Of a DNA stretch of 64,000 bases, positions 20,105-30,716 are shown piece after piece. Made by a program: the position numbers and the translations under genes. This DNA comes from an uncultured Chloroflexia bacterium (GTDB lineage Bacteria > Chloroflexota > Limnocylindria > Limnocylindrales > CSP1-4): the NCBI GenBank assembly GCA_963849405.1, contig CAWKHG010000006.1:490350-554349 (forward strand), written 5' to 3'. Positions within the stretch are counted from its first letter, which is position 1. Every line of letters starts with the position of its first letter. The notes under the pieces are model-generated. The model did no database searches, was not told where the DNA came from, and saw nothing but the letters and a program-made list of their open reading frames with translations.

Positions 20105-20881
20105 TCAGGGCTCCTCGAGGTCGTCCGATAGCTCCTCGGCCGAAGGGGCAGCGGGATCGACCGCGGCCGCGGTCACGGTCCCGGATGGTCGGCGACGACG
20201 ACGCTTTGGCAAGGCCTGGACGGCGGGCCACCAGTCGCAGGCGCACAGGCCGCGCGGGCAACCCTCGTGCGGCAGGCGCGGGGTGCGCAGCTCGTCGACG
20301 ATCTTGAACACCTTCTCGTTGTCGGCACGGCACGCCGTACAGCACGCCGCCCCGACGAGCTCCACGTTGCGGGCGACGGCCGATACCTCCCGGAGCGTCG
20401 CCGCGAGCGCGTCGCGGTGGAGCGCCACGACCTCGTCCGATGGCGGCGGGCTGCTGCCGGCCTCCTCGTAGAGCGCGGCGGCCTGCTGCCGGCGGAGGCG
20501 CGCTACGACGTCCCAGTGCTTGTCGCGACGGGCTTCCCGGACGGCCCGTTCCACCGCCACCAGGTACAGGGTCCGGGCCGCCTGGACGCTGGCCGCGGAG
20601 AGCTGCGCGTCGGCGATCCGCTGGCGACGGTCCGGTGCGGCGCCGACCAACCGTCCGAGGGCGAGCCAGTCGCGACGCTGGCGCGTCCACGTCTGCTCGA
20701 GGGCGGTCCGGAACCGCTCGGCCTCGAAGACCTCGACCGCGGATTCGGTGAGGTAGAGCGTCCGCCCCTCGAATCGGCGGACGACGATCCGGCGCCGGCA
20801 GCGCGGGCACAGGCGGGTGCTCGTGGGCGGTGGATCGAGCACGACCCCGCAGTTCGGGCACGCGACGACGGCCGGCGCCAC
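20105..20881 (-). CDS. Cys-rich protein B: N-terminal zinc ribbon (CPNC...CPRC), helical region, C-terminal CCTACR...PRLPHEGCPRGLCACDWW. Paralog of gene A C-terminal half.
   Basis: Intact 258-aa ORF, GTG start. Motif-by-motif alignment with gene A (VYLTE-AV-VFEAER, LYL--V-RA-R-AR, CC--CR, GCPRGLC-C). Confidence 0.55.
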   Translation of the reverse strand: MAPAVVACPNCGVVLDPPPTSTRLCPRCRRRIVVRRFEGRTLYLTESAVEVFEAERFRTALEQTWTRQRRDWLALGRLVGAAPDRRQRIADAQLSAASVQAARTLYLVAVERAVREARRDKHWDVVARLRRQQAAALYEEAGSSPPPSDEVVALHRDALAATLREVSAVARNVELVGAACCTACRADNEKVFKIVDELRTPRLPHEGCPRGLCACDWWPAVQALPKRRRRRPSGTVTAAAVDPAAPSAEELSDDLEEP

Positions 20882-21148
20882 GGGTGCGGGCGCCGGCGCC
20901 TCGACCGCGGGGGGCGGGGTCAGGAGGACCGGCGTCGCCCGTGTATCGGCGTCAGAGTCCAGGCCAAGGAGCCGGCGCAGGAACCCGATCTGGTCACCTC
21001 GCTTCGTCGGGCCACGGACCGCGCCGGGTCAAGCCTGAAGTCGCCAGTGCCCGGGCGCCACTTCCCTGGTCCGTGGTCCGCACAGGGTACTCCGCGCTCC
21101 CACGGAGGCAAGTACGCGGGAGCATGGGCGGCGACTGTGCTTGGCGGA

Positions 21149-21634
21149 TCAGGCGGGCACGCCCTCGTATGCCTCGCGCAGCTTCTCGACGTCGATCTTG
21201 GTCATCTCGAGCATGGCCTCCATGGCCCTGGCCGCACCGGCCCGGTCGCTGCCGTCGAAGTAGCGCTCGATCGCCTTCGGGATCACCTGCCACGAGACGC
21301 CGTATCGGTCCTTGAGCCAGCCACAGACGCTGTGCTCACCGCCGCCGGCGACGAGGCCGTCCCAGTACCGGTCGACCTCGGCCTGGTCCTCGCAGTCGAT
21401 GCTGAACGAGATGGCCTCGTTGAACTTGAAGTCCGGACCGCCGTTCAGGCCGATGAACTTTTGTCCGGACAGAGTGAAGTCGACCGTCAGGACGGCCCCG
21501 GCGGGCGTGCTCGGGTTGTCGGCCGGCGAGCGGTGGACCTTGTCGATCCGGCTGTCCGGGAACAGGGACGTGTAGAACTGGGCCGCCTGCTCGGCCTCTC
21601 CGTCGAACCACAGGCACGGGGTGATGTTCGGCAT
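21149..21634 (-). CDS. VOC family protein (PhnB / 3-demethylubiquinone-9 methyltransferase-like domain)
   Basis: MPNITPCLWFDGEAEQAAQFY...SGQKFIGLNGGPDFKFNEAISF. Confidence 0.7.
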   Translation of the reverse strand: MPNITPCLWFDGEAEQAAQFYTSLFPDSRIDKVHRSPADNPSTPAGAVLTVDFTLSGQKFIGLNGGPDFKFNEAISFSIDCEDQAEVDRYWDGLVAGGGEHSVCGWLKDRYGVSWQVIPKAIERYFDGSDRAGAARAMEAMLEMTKIDVEKLREAYEGVPA

Positions 21635-21749
21635 GGTTGCTCCTCTGGGCTGGTTCTCAACGAGGCCACCCTACACGGGCGTGGGGCCAGCCCGGACAAC
21701 GGTGGTCCCCGGGCCGCCTTTCAGGACCCTTGCGGGTCCTAAGCCGCCA

Positions 21750-21995
21750 TCACGAGCCCCTTGCGGGGAGTCCCTCGCGCTCCTCGTTGGTGGCGATCAC
21801 CTGGTCGATGAGGCGCTCGATCTCCCGATCGGACAGCTTCCGGCCGGCCTCGGCTTCGATGCGCTCACGGGCCAGGCGGAGGACCTCGGCCTTCGGGACA
21901 CGAAAGCCGCCGGGCAGGCGGACGCCCTCGATCTCACCGGCCCGGATCATCCCGCGGATGGAACCCGCCGAGCGATCAAGGACCCAGGACATCTC
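21750..21995 (-). CDS. helix-turn-helix DNA-binding protein (excisionase/MerR-type HTH_17)
   Basis: MSWVLDRSAGSIRGMIRAGEIEGVRLPGGFRVPKAEVLRL. Confidence 0.5.
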   Translation of the reverse strand, partial: EMSWVLDRSAGSIRGMIRAGEIEGVRLPGGFRVPKAEVLRLARERIEAEAGRKLSDREIERLIDQVIATNEEREGLPARGS

Positions 21996-22011
21996 CTTCG
22001 TCGAGAGGGTT

Positions 22012-22766
22012 TCATCCACCACTGGATCCTCCGGATGCAGGGACGGGCTCGGGCGGACCCAGGGGCGACCAACCAAGGACGGCCTTCGCCTTCGCGTTCG
22101 AGACCGGCCCGTCGTCGTCGACGATGTTGAAGGTTCCCGGATCGCCGCGGTGATCGGCAGCCAGGAGAGCTGCCCAGGCGGCCGCGCGGATGTGCACGGT
22201 CGGGGGCTTGCCCGGTCGGTCGGTCCCCGCCCCCGGGCCGTACAGAAGGCCGTAGCGGAGGACGGTCCCCTTGATGCCCGGAGTCATGGTGACCGATCGC
22301 TCGAGGGCGACGATCCCAGGCAACGTGATCCTGGTCCACGGCGCGGTCACCCCGAGCGGATCCGCTTCGCCGTGCGGCTCCGGTCCGTGCGCGTAGAGCA
22401 TCGCGATGCTCTGGGCGACGATCCGTCCGGCACCGGCGGCGATCGCCGCTCGGACGAGGTTGGGCGTGCCGTCCATGCGAAGGCGTGCCGTCCGGGCGAG
22501 CTGTTCGTCCGTGAGCTCTCCACCGGACCCGCCGCCCAGATCGGTGAGCTGGTGGATCACGACATCGGGCCCGGCCGCGACGACGGCGGCGGCGAGCCGT
22601 GCGGCATCGAAGACGTCGACAACGACCGCGTGGGCACCGGCGGCCTCGAGGTCCGCGACCCGAGCCACCGAGCGGGTCGTCCCCGTGACCTCATACCCGG
22701 CGGCGACCAGCATCGGGACGAGTTGGCGGCCGATGGCGCCGGTCGCGCCCGCCAGGAAGATCCGCA
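22012..22766 (-). CDS. NAD(P)-dependent epimerase/dehydratase (NmrA/SDR-like)
   Basis: MRIFLAGATGAIGRQLVPMLVAAGYEVTG Rossmann N-terminus. Confidence 0.65.
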
Positions 22767-22792
22767 TCGTCGGGATCAGTCCGGCGCGATGC

Positions 22793-23482
22793 TCAACGGG
22801 CTCGTTGACGCTTGAGCGCGGCGAGGTCGACCAGGATCGGCCGGTCGTCGCCGTCCACGAGACGCCAGCGGACGCCGACGGTCGTGTCCTGGCCATCGGC
22901 GAGGATCCGGACCGCATCGAGGACGGTCGCGTCCTTACCCAGTGCCGCGATCTCCCGGGCGATCGCGAAGGAGGCCACGGCCGGGACCTTGCCGACGATG
23001 TCGCGCCGGGCCATCCCCTCCGGATCCGGGGCCCCGGCTGCGGTGAGCCGCTGGACGAGCTGTCGCGCCGCGCGCCGGTCGGCCGGTTCCAGGTCCTTGA
23101 TCCAGCGTGGCTCGGTGGGCGGTTCCTCGCGGGCCGGCGCCTTCTTCGCAGGGGTCGCCTTGGCCGCTGCCGGGCGCTTCGATGACGGGGCGGCTTCCTT
23201 CGCGGGCGCCGCCGGTGGCCGCTCACGTGCCCTGGCCAGCTGGGCGGCCAGAGGCGATTCGGCCGGCTCGGACTGCCGGGCCGCTCCGATCGCCTCCTTG
23301 GCTGCGGTCAGGCTGCCGAACGGCCCGCGGACGCGGGGAAGGCCGAGATCGTCGGTCTGCTCCGCGTCGACGACCACCCATGTCCCGGACTGCGGCTCGA
23401 TCGTGAACCGTTCGTCGCGCGTCTGCCAGCGCCCGCCGCCCAGGCGCTTGAGGGAACCGTCATCGTCCGCGGGCTTGGCCAT
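22793..23482 (-). CDS. hypothetical protein with Ala/Lys/Pro-rich central linker
   Basis: ORF 22793..23611. Probable start at MAKPADDDG. Confidence 0.4.
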   Translation of the reverse strand: MAKPADDDGSLKRLGGGRWQTRDERFTIEPQSGTWVVVDAEQTDDLGLPRVRGPFGSLTAAKEAIGAARQSEPAESPLAAQLARARERPPAAPAKEAAPSSKRPAAAKATPAKKAPAREEPPTEPRWIKDLEPADRRAARQLVQRLTAAGAPDPEGMARRDIVGKVPAVASFAIAREIAALGKDATVLDAVRILADGQDTTVGVRWRLVDGDDRPILVDLAALKRQRAR

Positions 23483-23600
23483 GACGCCCACGATACCCCG
23501 GCCTTCGCGCTCGATGTCGCGCATCGTTGCGGCCGACCGTGACGGGACGAACGCGTGCATCCTGTTGTTCGACCATGCGGCGACGCCATAGCATTCCCGC

Positions 23601-24761
23601 GTGACCTCCACGCGAGACGCATCCGCGCCGGGCGCGGCGCTGACGCTCGAGCAGCTCGACGGGGACCCCTACGGTGCGCTGGCCCGCCTCCGGGAGACCG
23701 CGCCTGTCGCGTGGGTCCCGGTGCTCGATGGCTGGCTCGTCACCCGCCGGGACCTGTGCATCGAAGTCATGCGGGACGCCGGCCGGTTCACCGTGGACGA
23801 CCCGCGCTTCTCGACCGCGCAGGTCGTCGGCCCGAGCATGCTGTCGCTCGACGGCGACGAACACCGCCGTCATCGCGACCCGTTCGCCCAGGCCTTCCTG
23901 CGGCCGGAGGCGCGGAGCCGCTTCACGGAACGTGTCCAGCGAGAGGCTCGCGGGCTCGTCGACGCGCTTGTCCCGGCGGGCAAGGCGGAGATCCGCCGGG
24001 ACCTGGCCGGACCGCTGGCCGTCCGGGTCGTCGCGAGCGCGCTCGATCTGCTCGACGTGTCGCCCGCGGTCGTCCTCGGTTGGTACGACGAGATCGTGGC
24101 CGCCGTCGACCGGGTGTCCGTCGGCGGCGAGATCGGTCCCCGGGCCCGCGACGCGGTGAGCGCGCTGAGCGGCCAGGTAGCCGGCACGATCGAGCAGGGC
24201 CGGGGCGTCCTCGCCGATGCGACGGTGACGCTCGCGCCGCCCGAGGTCGTCTCCAACGCCGCGGTGATGATGTTCGGCGGCATCGAGACCAGCGAGGGCA
24301 TGACCACCTCGCTCTTCTGGCATCTGCTCAGCGATCCGGACCAGATGGCCGCCGTGCGCGCCGACCGATCGCTGGTCGTCAATGCCGTGGAGGAGTCGCT
24401 CCGGCTGGAGCCGGCGGCAGCGCGCGTGGACCGCTACGCGACAGCGGATACGGAGCTGGCCGGCGCCGCGATCAAGCGCAGCGACCTCGTCATCGTCTCG
24501 CTCACGGCCGCCAACCGCGACCCGGCGACGTTCCCCGATCCGGACCGGTACGACCTGTCCCGGCCGAACTCGCGATCGCACCTGGCCTTCGCCCAGGGGC
24601 CGCACGCCTGCGTCGGGATCCACCTGGCCCGGCTGGAAGCCCAGTCGGCCCTCGAAGCCGTGCTCGACGGGTGGCCCGGAGTCCGCATCGATGCCGGCTC
24701 CACGCCGCCCAGCGGCGTCGTGTTCCGGAAGCCGCGCTCACTGCCGGTCAGCTGGGACTAG
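23601..24761 (+). CDS. cytochrome P450
   Basis: Heme loop FAQGPHACVG, ExxR (ESLRLE), I-helix AVMMFGGIETSE. Intact 386 aa. Confidence 0.85.
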   Translation: MTSTRDASAPGAALTLEQLDGDPYGALARLRETAPVAWVPVLDGWLVTRRDLCIEVMRDAGRFTVDDPRFSTAQVVGPSMLSLDGDEHRRHRDPFAQAFLRPEARSRFTERVQREARGLVDALVPAGKAEIRRDLAGPLAVRVVASALDLLDVSPAVVLGWYDEIVAAVDRVSVGGEIGPRARDAVSALSGQVAGTIEQGRGVLADATVTLAPPEVVSNAAVMMFGGIETSEGMTTSLFWHLLSDPDQMAAVRADRSLVVNAVEESLRLEPAAARVDRYATADTELAGAAIKRSDLVIVSLTAANRDPATFPDPDRYDLSRPNSRSHLAFAQGPHACVGIHLARLEAQSALEAVLDGWPGVRIDAGSTPPSGVVFRKPRSLPVSWD

Positions 24762-24769
24762 CGACCGAA

Positions 24770-25246
24770 TCAGCGCATCGCGTCGCGCAGCGCCTCCTCA
24801 GCCTCGCTGTCGAGGTTCGTCTGGATCACGTCGCCGCGGTACGGCCGGAGGGCGGCCATGACCGCATCGGCTTCGGCCTGCTTCACCACGAGGAAGAGGG
24901 CCGAGCGGCCAGGGCGCAGCGTCGTCTTGACGTCGTCGATGAAGTCGCCGCTGACGCCCGTATCGAGGCTCGTGCCGACGGCCGCTCCGAGCGCCGCCCC
25001 GATCGCCATGCCAAGGGGCGGGAACGCGAAGGTCACGAGGCTGCCGATGACCGCGCCGACGAGCGCGGCGGTCTCGGTCGTGCCACTGACCTCGTTCTTG
25101 ACGTGGACGGTGCCATCCGGGTCCCGCTCGACGATCGCGGTGTCCTCGAACCGGATCCGACCGGCGTGCTCGAGGTTCCGGAGGGCCTTCATGGCGGTCC
25201 GGGCGTCATCGAAGTGATCGAACGCGATGACCATGAGCTGGTTCAC
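24770..25246 (-). CDS. DUF1269 domain membrane protein
   Basis: MNQLMVIAFDHFDDARTAMKALRNLEHAGRI... Confidence 0.6.
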   Translation of the reverse strand: MNQLMVIAFDHFDDARTAMKALRNLEHAGRIRFEDTAIVERDPDGTVHVKNEVSGTTETAALVGAVIGSLVTFAFPPLGMAIGAALGAAVGTSLDTGVSGDFIDDVKTTLRPGRSALFLVVKQAEADAVMAALRPYRGDVIQTNLDSEAEEALRDAMR

Positions 25247-25360
25247 GCGGATCCTCCTGCGCGCCGCGCGGGAAGCCCTGGCTGGCGATCCCTGCGTCCT
25301 CTTGCGCGCGACGATCGTAATCCTCCGGCGGGTTGCCGGCGTCTGTATGCGTCGGCTGCC

Positions 25361-25980
25361 TCAGCGCCCCTTGGCGGTGATCGCCCGGCGGACGATGGGC
25401 CGGGGCGTCGAGGTGGCGGTCGCCTGGCGCATCGCTGCGACCTCGAACCCGGCCCGCCCGAACATCGAGAGCGTGCCCTTGAACGCAACCTCGGCGGAGA
25501 TCCGGCGACCGCCGGTGTCCACGGGATATGCCTCCAGCAGGGTCGCGCCGTGCGCCCGCGCGTAATCGATGGCGGCGTTCAGCAGCGCGTGGGCCACGCC
25601 CTGTCCACGCTCCGCACGGCCAACGACGAAGCACACGATCGACCAGACCGGCTTGTCGTCCAGCGGAGCAAGGACGGTCGAGCGGGACAACCGCTCGAAG
25701 TCCTTTCGCGGTCCGAGGCTGACCCAACCCACCGCGCGATCGTCCCGGTACGCGACGAGGCCGGGCGCCGGCGTCCGTTCCGCCAGCTCGTCGAGGTACG
25801 CCTGCCTGTCGGCCTTTTTCGATTTCGAGAACGCCTGGTTCGGGAGGCGGAACCAGGTGCACCAGCACTGTTTCGGGTCGCCGCCCTGGTCGAAGAGCGA
25901 CGCGAGGTCGCCAAGGCGATCGGGCGTGAGCGGCTCGATCGTCAGGTCTCCGGCCGTGGCCTTCGCTGTCGTCACGAGAC
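25361..25980 (-). CDS. GNAT family N-acetyltransferase
   Basis: VGRAERGQGVAHALLNAAIDYARAHGATLLEAYPVD (acetyl-CoA binding motif). Start uncertain. Confidence 0.6.
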
Positions 25981-26138
25981 GATGGTCGCACGACGACCGC
26001 CAGGAGTTGGCATGTTCCCGGGGGCTCGATTCGCCTTGGTCCGCCTCGGCCGTCAGATCGTGACCTTTGGCCCTGCGCGAGCCGGGCGCCCAGGGCCACT
26101 GTGGGGCCACAAGAACCGCTTTTCGAGGCGAAACCAGA

Positions 26139-27244
26139 TGACTGCCATCGCCGAAACCTTCCGTCCCGGATCCATGACGTCCGACACGATGCGCGCGACC
26201 GTGTTCCACGGCCCGAACGACATCCGTGTCGAGTCCGTCCCCAAGCCACGCCCGGGGGTCGGCGAGGCCGTCATCCGGGTCACGACGACGACGATCTGTG
26301 GCACGGACATCCATATCCTCAAGGGCGAGTACCCGGTCCGGCCGGGGCTGGTCATCGGCCACGAGCCAGTCGGTGTCATCGACGAGCTCGGCCCGGGCGT
26401 CACCGGCTATGAGATCGGCCAGCGCGTGCTCGTCGGGGCGATCACCCCGTGCGGCCAATGCCGGGCATGCCTCTCGGGCAATCTCAGCCAGTGCGGCCAC
26501 GGCGACGGCTTCGAGGCCCTCGGCGGGTGGCGCTTCGGCAACACGATCGACGGCGCGCAGGCGGAGTACCTCCTCGTCCCGTCCGCCCAGGCGAACCTCA
26601 CGCCCATCCCGGATGGCGTGACTGACGAACAGGTCGTGCTCCTCGCCGACATCGCTTCGACCGGCTTCAGCGGCCCTGAGTCGGGCGGCGTGAAGATCGG
26701 CGACGCGGTCGTCGTGTTCGCGCAGGGCCCGATCGGCCTGTGCGCCACCGCGGGCGCCAAGCTGATGGGTGCATCACTCGTCATCGGGGTCGACAGCGAC
26801 CCGGTCCGACTCGCCACGTCCCGGCGCATGGGCGCGGACGTCGCCCTCGACTTCACCCAGGTCGATGTCGTCGCCGAAGTCAAGCGGCTCACCGGCGGCG
26901 GGGCGGACGTCACCGTCGAAGCCCTCGGTACCCAAGGGACGTTCGAGAATGCCCTGCGCTGCCTGCGGCCGGGAGGCACGCTCTCGAGCCTCGGCGTGTA
27001 CTCGGGCAAGCTCGAGATGCCCTACGACGCGTTCGCTGCCGGGCTCGGCGGTCACCGGATCGTGACGACCCTTTGCCCGGGCGGCAAGGAGCGGATGCGC
27101 CGGCTGATCGCCACGGTGGCATCGGGACGCTTCGATCCGCTGCCCCTCATCACCCACCGGTTCGCCATGGACGACATCGTCGAGGCGTACGACCTCTTCA
27201 GCCATCGCCGCGACGGCGTGCTCAAGGTGGCGATCCGACCCTGA
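26139..27244 (+). CDS. zinc-dependent alcohol dehydrogenase
   Basis: CGTDIHILKG, GHEPVGVIDELG, CGQCRACLSGNLSQC structural-Zn motif, GPIGLCATAGAKLMGA. This is the only genuine part of the 1229-aa ORF 23555..27244. Confidence 0.8.
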
Positions 27245-27260
27245 CCCGGACGACCACTTT

Positions 27261-27293
27261 CACTCCCCTCGTCCGATCCGGGCGGGGGGAGTG
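27261..27293 (+). terminator. candidate intrinsic terminator hairpin after the ADH gene
   Basis: CACTCCCC-n17-GGGGAGTG stem followed by TCGATTCC. Confidence 0.35.
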
Positions 27294-27377
27294 TCGATTC
27301 CTGCCCACGCCGTTCGTTGTATGGGCGAAGGGCAGAAGAGGCGACCCAGACCTCCGTCCCGCAGAGGAGAACCGACC

Positions 27378-27722
27378 ATGACAGAGCCGCGCGTCATCCA
27401 CTTCGAGATCCTGGGCAATGACCAGAAGGCGCTCCAGGAGTTCTGGAGCGGCGTCTTCGGCTGGAAGTTCGACACCAGCAATCCCGGTGGCTACGGCATG
27501 ACCGATCCGGCCACCACGGGCATCGTCGTCGGCGTCGGCGAGAAGCGCGGCCCGGCCGGCCACGTCACCGGCTACGTGCGCGTCGCCGACATCAACGCCA
27601 CTGCGGCCAAGGCGGTCGAGCTCGGCGGATCGGTGATCATGCCCCGGTTCAGCGCCGGGCCGGACGCGTGGCTCGGCGTCATCGCCGACGCAGAGGGTCA
27701 CGTCGTCGGCATCAGCGAGTAG
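27378..27722 (+). CDS. VOC family protein
   Basis: MTEPRVIHFEILGNDQKALQEFWSGVFGWKFD. Confidence 0.65.
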   Translation: MTEPRVIHFEILGNDQKALQEFWSGVFGWKFDTSNPGGYGMTDPATTGIVVGVGEKRGPAGHVTGYVRVADINATAAKAVELGGSVIMPRFSAGPDAWLGVIADAEGHVVGISE

Positions 27723-27849
27723 CCGCCCCGGCTTCGGCCGGGCGACAACCGTGGAGGCCGCCGGGTTCGACCGGCGGCCTCTTCATGCACCCGACGCGGG
27801 TCCTGACCGATGATTGGCAACGAGCGAGCATGGACCGCGGAGGCGAGCA

Positions 27850-28743
27850 ATGAAGATCGGCGCGATCATCCCCCAGGGCTGGGTCGGTGAGTACGATGGC
27901 TGGGAGCCACTGAAGGCGTGGCAGCGGACGAGCGCGGTCGCCCGCCAGGCGGAGCGTCTGGGGTTCGAATCGATCTGGCTGTACGACCACTTCCAGACCG
28001 TCCCGCGACCGACGGACGAGATCACCTTCGAGTCGTTCACGACGCTGGCCGCCCTTGCGGCCCAGACAGAGCGCGTCCGGCTCGGGCACATCGTCATCTG
28101 CACCGCGTTCCGCAACCCCGCCCTGACGGCGAAGATGATCTCGACGATGGACACGATCAGCGGCGGCCGGATGGAGCTCGGCATCGGAGCCGGCTGGAAG
28201 CGGGACGAGTGGCTGGCCTACGGCTACGGCTTCCCGGAGACGGCGGAACGGCTTGCCCGGCTCGGGGACGACCTGGGGGTCATCAGCGCGATGCTGGCCG
28301 GGGACAAGCACGACCACGCCACGTTCGAGGGCACCCACTCCCACGTCCGGAATGCGATCAACGTCCCCAAGCCCATCCAGCAGCCGCGCGTGCCGATCAT
28401 GGTCGGTGGCAACGGTCCGAACGTGACCTGGCGCCTGGCCGCGCGGTACGCCGACGAGCTCAACGTCGACGGCTTCTCCCCCGCCGAGGTCGGTGAGGCA
28501 CTCCCGGTGATCGCCAGCCGCTGCGAGGAGATCGGCCGGGACCCGGCGACCCTTCCGGTGTCGGTGCACGTCGACAGAGCGGCGATCGAAGAGGTGGGCG
28601 CAGCACGGGTCGACCGGCTCGCCGAATACCGCGACCTGGGCGTCAGCCGGGTGATGGGCCTCGTCCGCGATTCGGTCCGCACAGATGAGGCCCTCGAGGC
28701 GCTGGTGGCCGACGCGCGCGCCGCGGGGGTCGAATTCGCCTAG
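27850..28743 (+). CDS. LLM-class F420-dependent oxidoreductase
   Basis: MKIGAIIPQG...FESIWLYDHF...TISGGRMELGIGAGW. Confidence 0.75.
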   Translation: MKIGAIIPQGWVGEYDGWEPLKAWQRTSAVARQAERLGFESIWLYDHFQTVPRPTDEITFESFTTLAALAAQTERVRLGHIVICTAFRNPALTAKMISTMDTISGGRMELGIGAGWKRDEWLAYGYGFPETAERLARLGDDLGVISAMLAGDKHDHATFEGTHSHVRNAINVPKPIQQPRVPIMVGGNGPNVTWRLAARYADELNVDGFSPAEVGEALPVIASRCEEIGRDPATLPVSVHVDRAAIEEVGAARVDRLAEYRDLGVSRVMGLVRDSVRTDEALEALVADARAAGVEFA

Positions 28744-28840
28744 CGGGCCACGGCACGACACCTACGGCAGATAGTTGCTGAGGCAACCATCGTCGTGTAG
28801 GATGGGCAGGCCACCCATCATCGGAGTCAACATGCAATTC

Positions 28841-29962
28841 GGAGTCTTCACGGTCGGCGACGTCACGACCGACCCCACCACCGGCCACACGGTGAGCGAG
28901 GAAGAGCGGATCAGGATCATGGTCGCCGTCGCCCTCAAGGCGGAGGAGATCGGCCTGGACGTGTTCGCGACGGGCGAGCACCACAACCCGCCGTTCGTCC
29001 CCTCCTCCCCCACCACGATGCTCGGCTACATCGCCGCGAAGACCGAACGGCTCATCCTGTCGACGGCCACGACGCTCATCACGACCAACGACCCGGTCAA
29101 GATCGCCGAGGACTACGCGATGCTCCAGCATCTCGCGGACGGCCGGGTCGACCTGATGATGGGCCGCGGCAACATGGGTCCGGTCTACCCCTGGTTCGGC
29201 CAGGACATCCGCAACGGGCATCCCGCTCGCGGTCGAGAACTACGCCCTCCTCCACCGCCTGTGGCGCGAGGACGTCGTCGACTGGGAAGGCCGCTTCCGC
29301 ACGCCGCTGACCGGCTTCACCTCGACGCCCCGGCCGCTCGACGGGGTGCCGCCGTTCGTGTGGCACGGCTCCATCCGCAGCCCGGAGATCGCCGAGCAGG
29401 CGGCGTACTACGGCGACGGCTTCTTCCACAACAACATCTTCTGGCCGAAGGACCACGTCCAGCGGATGGTCGAGCTCTACCGCCGCCGCTTCGAGCACTA
29501 CGGCCACGGACCGGCCGACCAGGCCATCGTCGGGCTCGGCGGGCAGGTGTTCATGCGCCCGAACTCCCAGGACGCGATCCGCGAGTTCCGGCCGTACTTC
29601 GATCACGCGCCGGTCTACGGCGGCGGGCCGTCGCTCGAGGACTACATGGACCAGACGCCGCTGACGGTCGGCAGCCCCAGCAGGTCATCGACCGGACGCT
29701 CGGCGTTCCGCGAGATCGTCGGCGACTACCAGCGCCAGCTGTTCCTCGTGGACCACGCGGGCCTGCCGCTCAAGACGGTCCTGGAGCAGATGGACATCCT
29801 GGGCGAGCAGGTCGTGCCCGTGCTCCGCACAGGAGTTCGCCGAGCGCCGGCCGGCGCACGTGCCGGACGCGCCGCTCCACCCGCGCGTCCTGGCGGCGCG
29901 GACGCCGAGCCAGGACGTGCTCGGCCCGACGGCCGCCCCGCACCGAACCGGTGCCCGCGTGA
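28841..29962 (+). pseudogene. LLM-class flavin-dependent monooxygenase (CE1758-like), frame shifts
   Basis: MQFGVFTVGDV...DVFATGEHHNPPF...MMGRGN. Continuation in ORF 29346.. (PPFVWHGSIRSPEIAEQAAYYGDGFF). Confidence 0.6.
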
Positions 29963-30619
29963 GCGAGGCGGCTGCCCCGACCCCGCGGTCGCTCGTCGTC
30001 GTCAGCGCGGGCCTGAGCCAGCCCTCGTCGACCCGGCTGCTGGCCGACCGCCTGGCCGCGGCCACGGATCGGCACCTTCGCGACGGCGGCGTCGCGCCCG
30101 ACGTTCGAGGTGATCGAGCTGCGCGACCACGCCCAGGACCTGATCGAACAACCTGCTGACCGGCTTTCCCAGCCCCGAGGCTCCAGGCGGCGCATCGACG
30201 CGGTCCTGGCGGCCGACGGCCTGATCGCGGTCACGCCGATCTTCAGCGCCTCGTACAGCGGCCTGTTCAAGATGTTCTTCGACGTCATCGAGCGCGACGG
30301 GCTGGCCGGCAAGCCGGTGCTCATCGCGGCGACCGGCGGCACGGCCCGCCACTCGCTGGCGCTCGAGCACGCGATGCGGCCGCTGTTCGCCTACCTCAAC
30401 GCCGCCGTCGTCGCCGACGGCCGTCTACGCCGCGACCGAGGACTGGGGCGGCGGCGGGATCGGTGCCGATGGCGGCCTCGTGGAGCGCATCGACCGGGCG
30501 GCCCGCGAGCTCGCCGGCGCGATCGCCGGGCGCGTCACGCCCGTCCGCGGCGACCCCTTCGCGGACCCCGTGCCGTTCGACCGGCTGCTCCGCTCGAGCC
30601 GGGACGCGTCCGCCGACTA
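29959..30619 (+). pseudogene. NADPH-dependent FMN reductase (CE1759-like), frame shifts. GTG start overlaps LLM stop (GTGA).
   Basis: SLVVVSAGLSQPSSTRLLADRL... in ORF 29860... AVTPIFSASYSGLFKMFFDV...IAATGGTARHSLALE in ORF 30110... Confidence 0.55.
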
Positions 30620-30716
30620 GGCTATTCATCGGACCACCGATGAGTTCTGGCCAGGCCCGTCGTTACATCTCCAGAAGATCGGTCAGACCGACCGATCGCC
30701 CCTTGGAGGATCCATC

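Noticed and set aside
23555-27244. 1229-aa ORF on the plus strand
   Set aside because: Only the last ~370 aa (Zn-ADH, 26139-27244) look like real protein. The rest is Arg/Gly/Ala-rich read-through typical of an open off-frame in high-GC DNA. It overlaps the P450 (other frame), DUF1269 and GNAT genes on the opposite strand.
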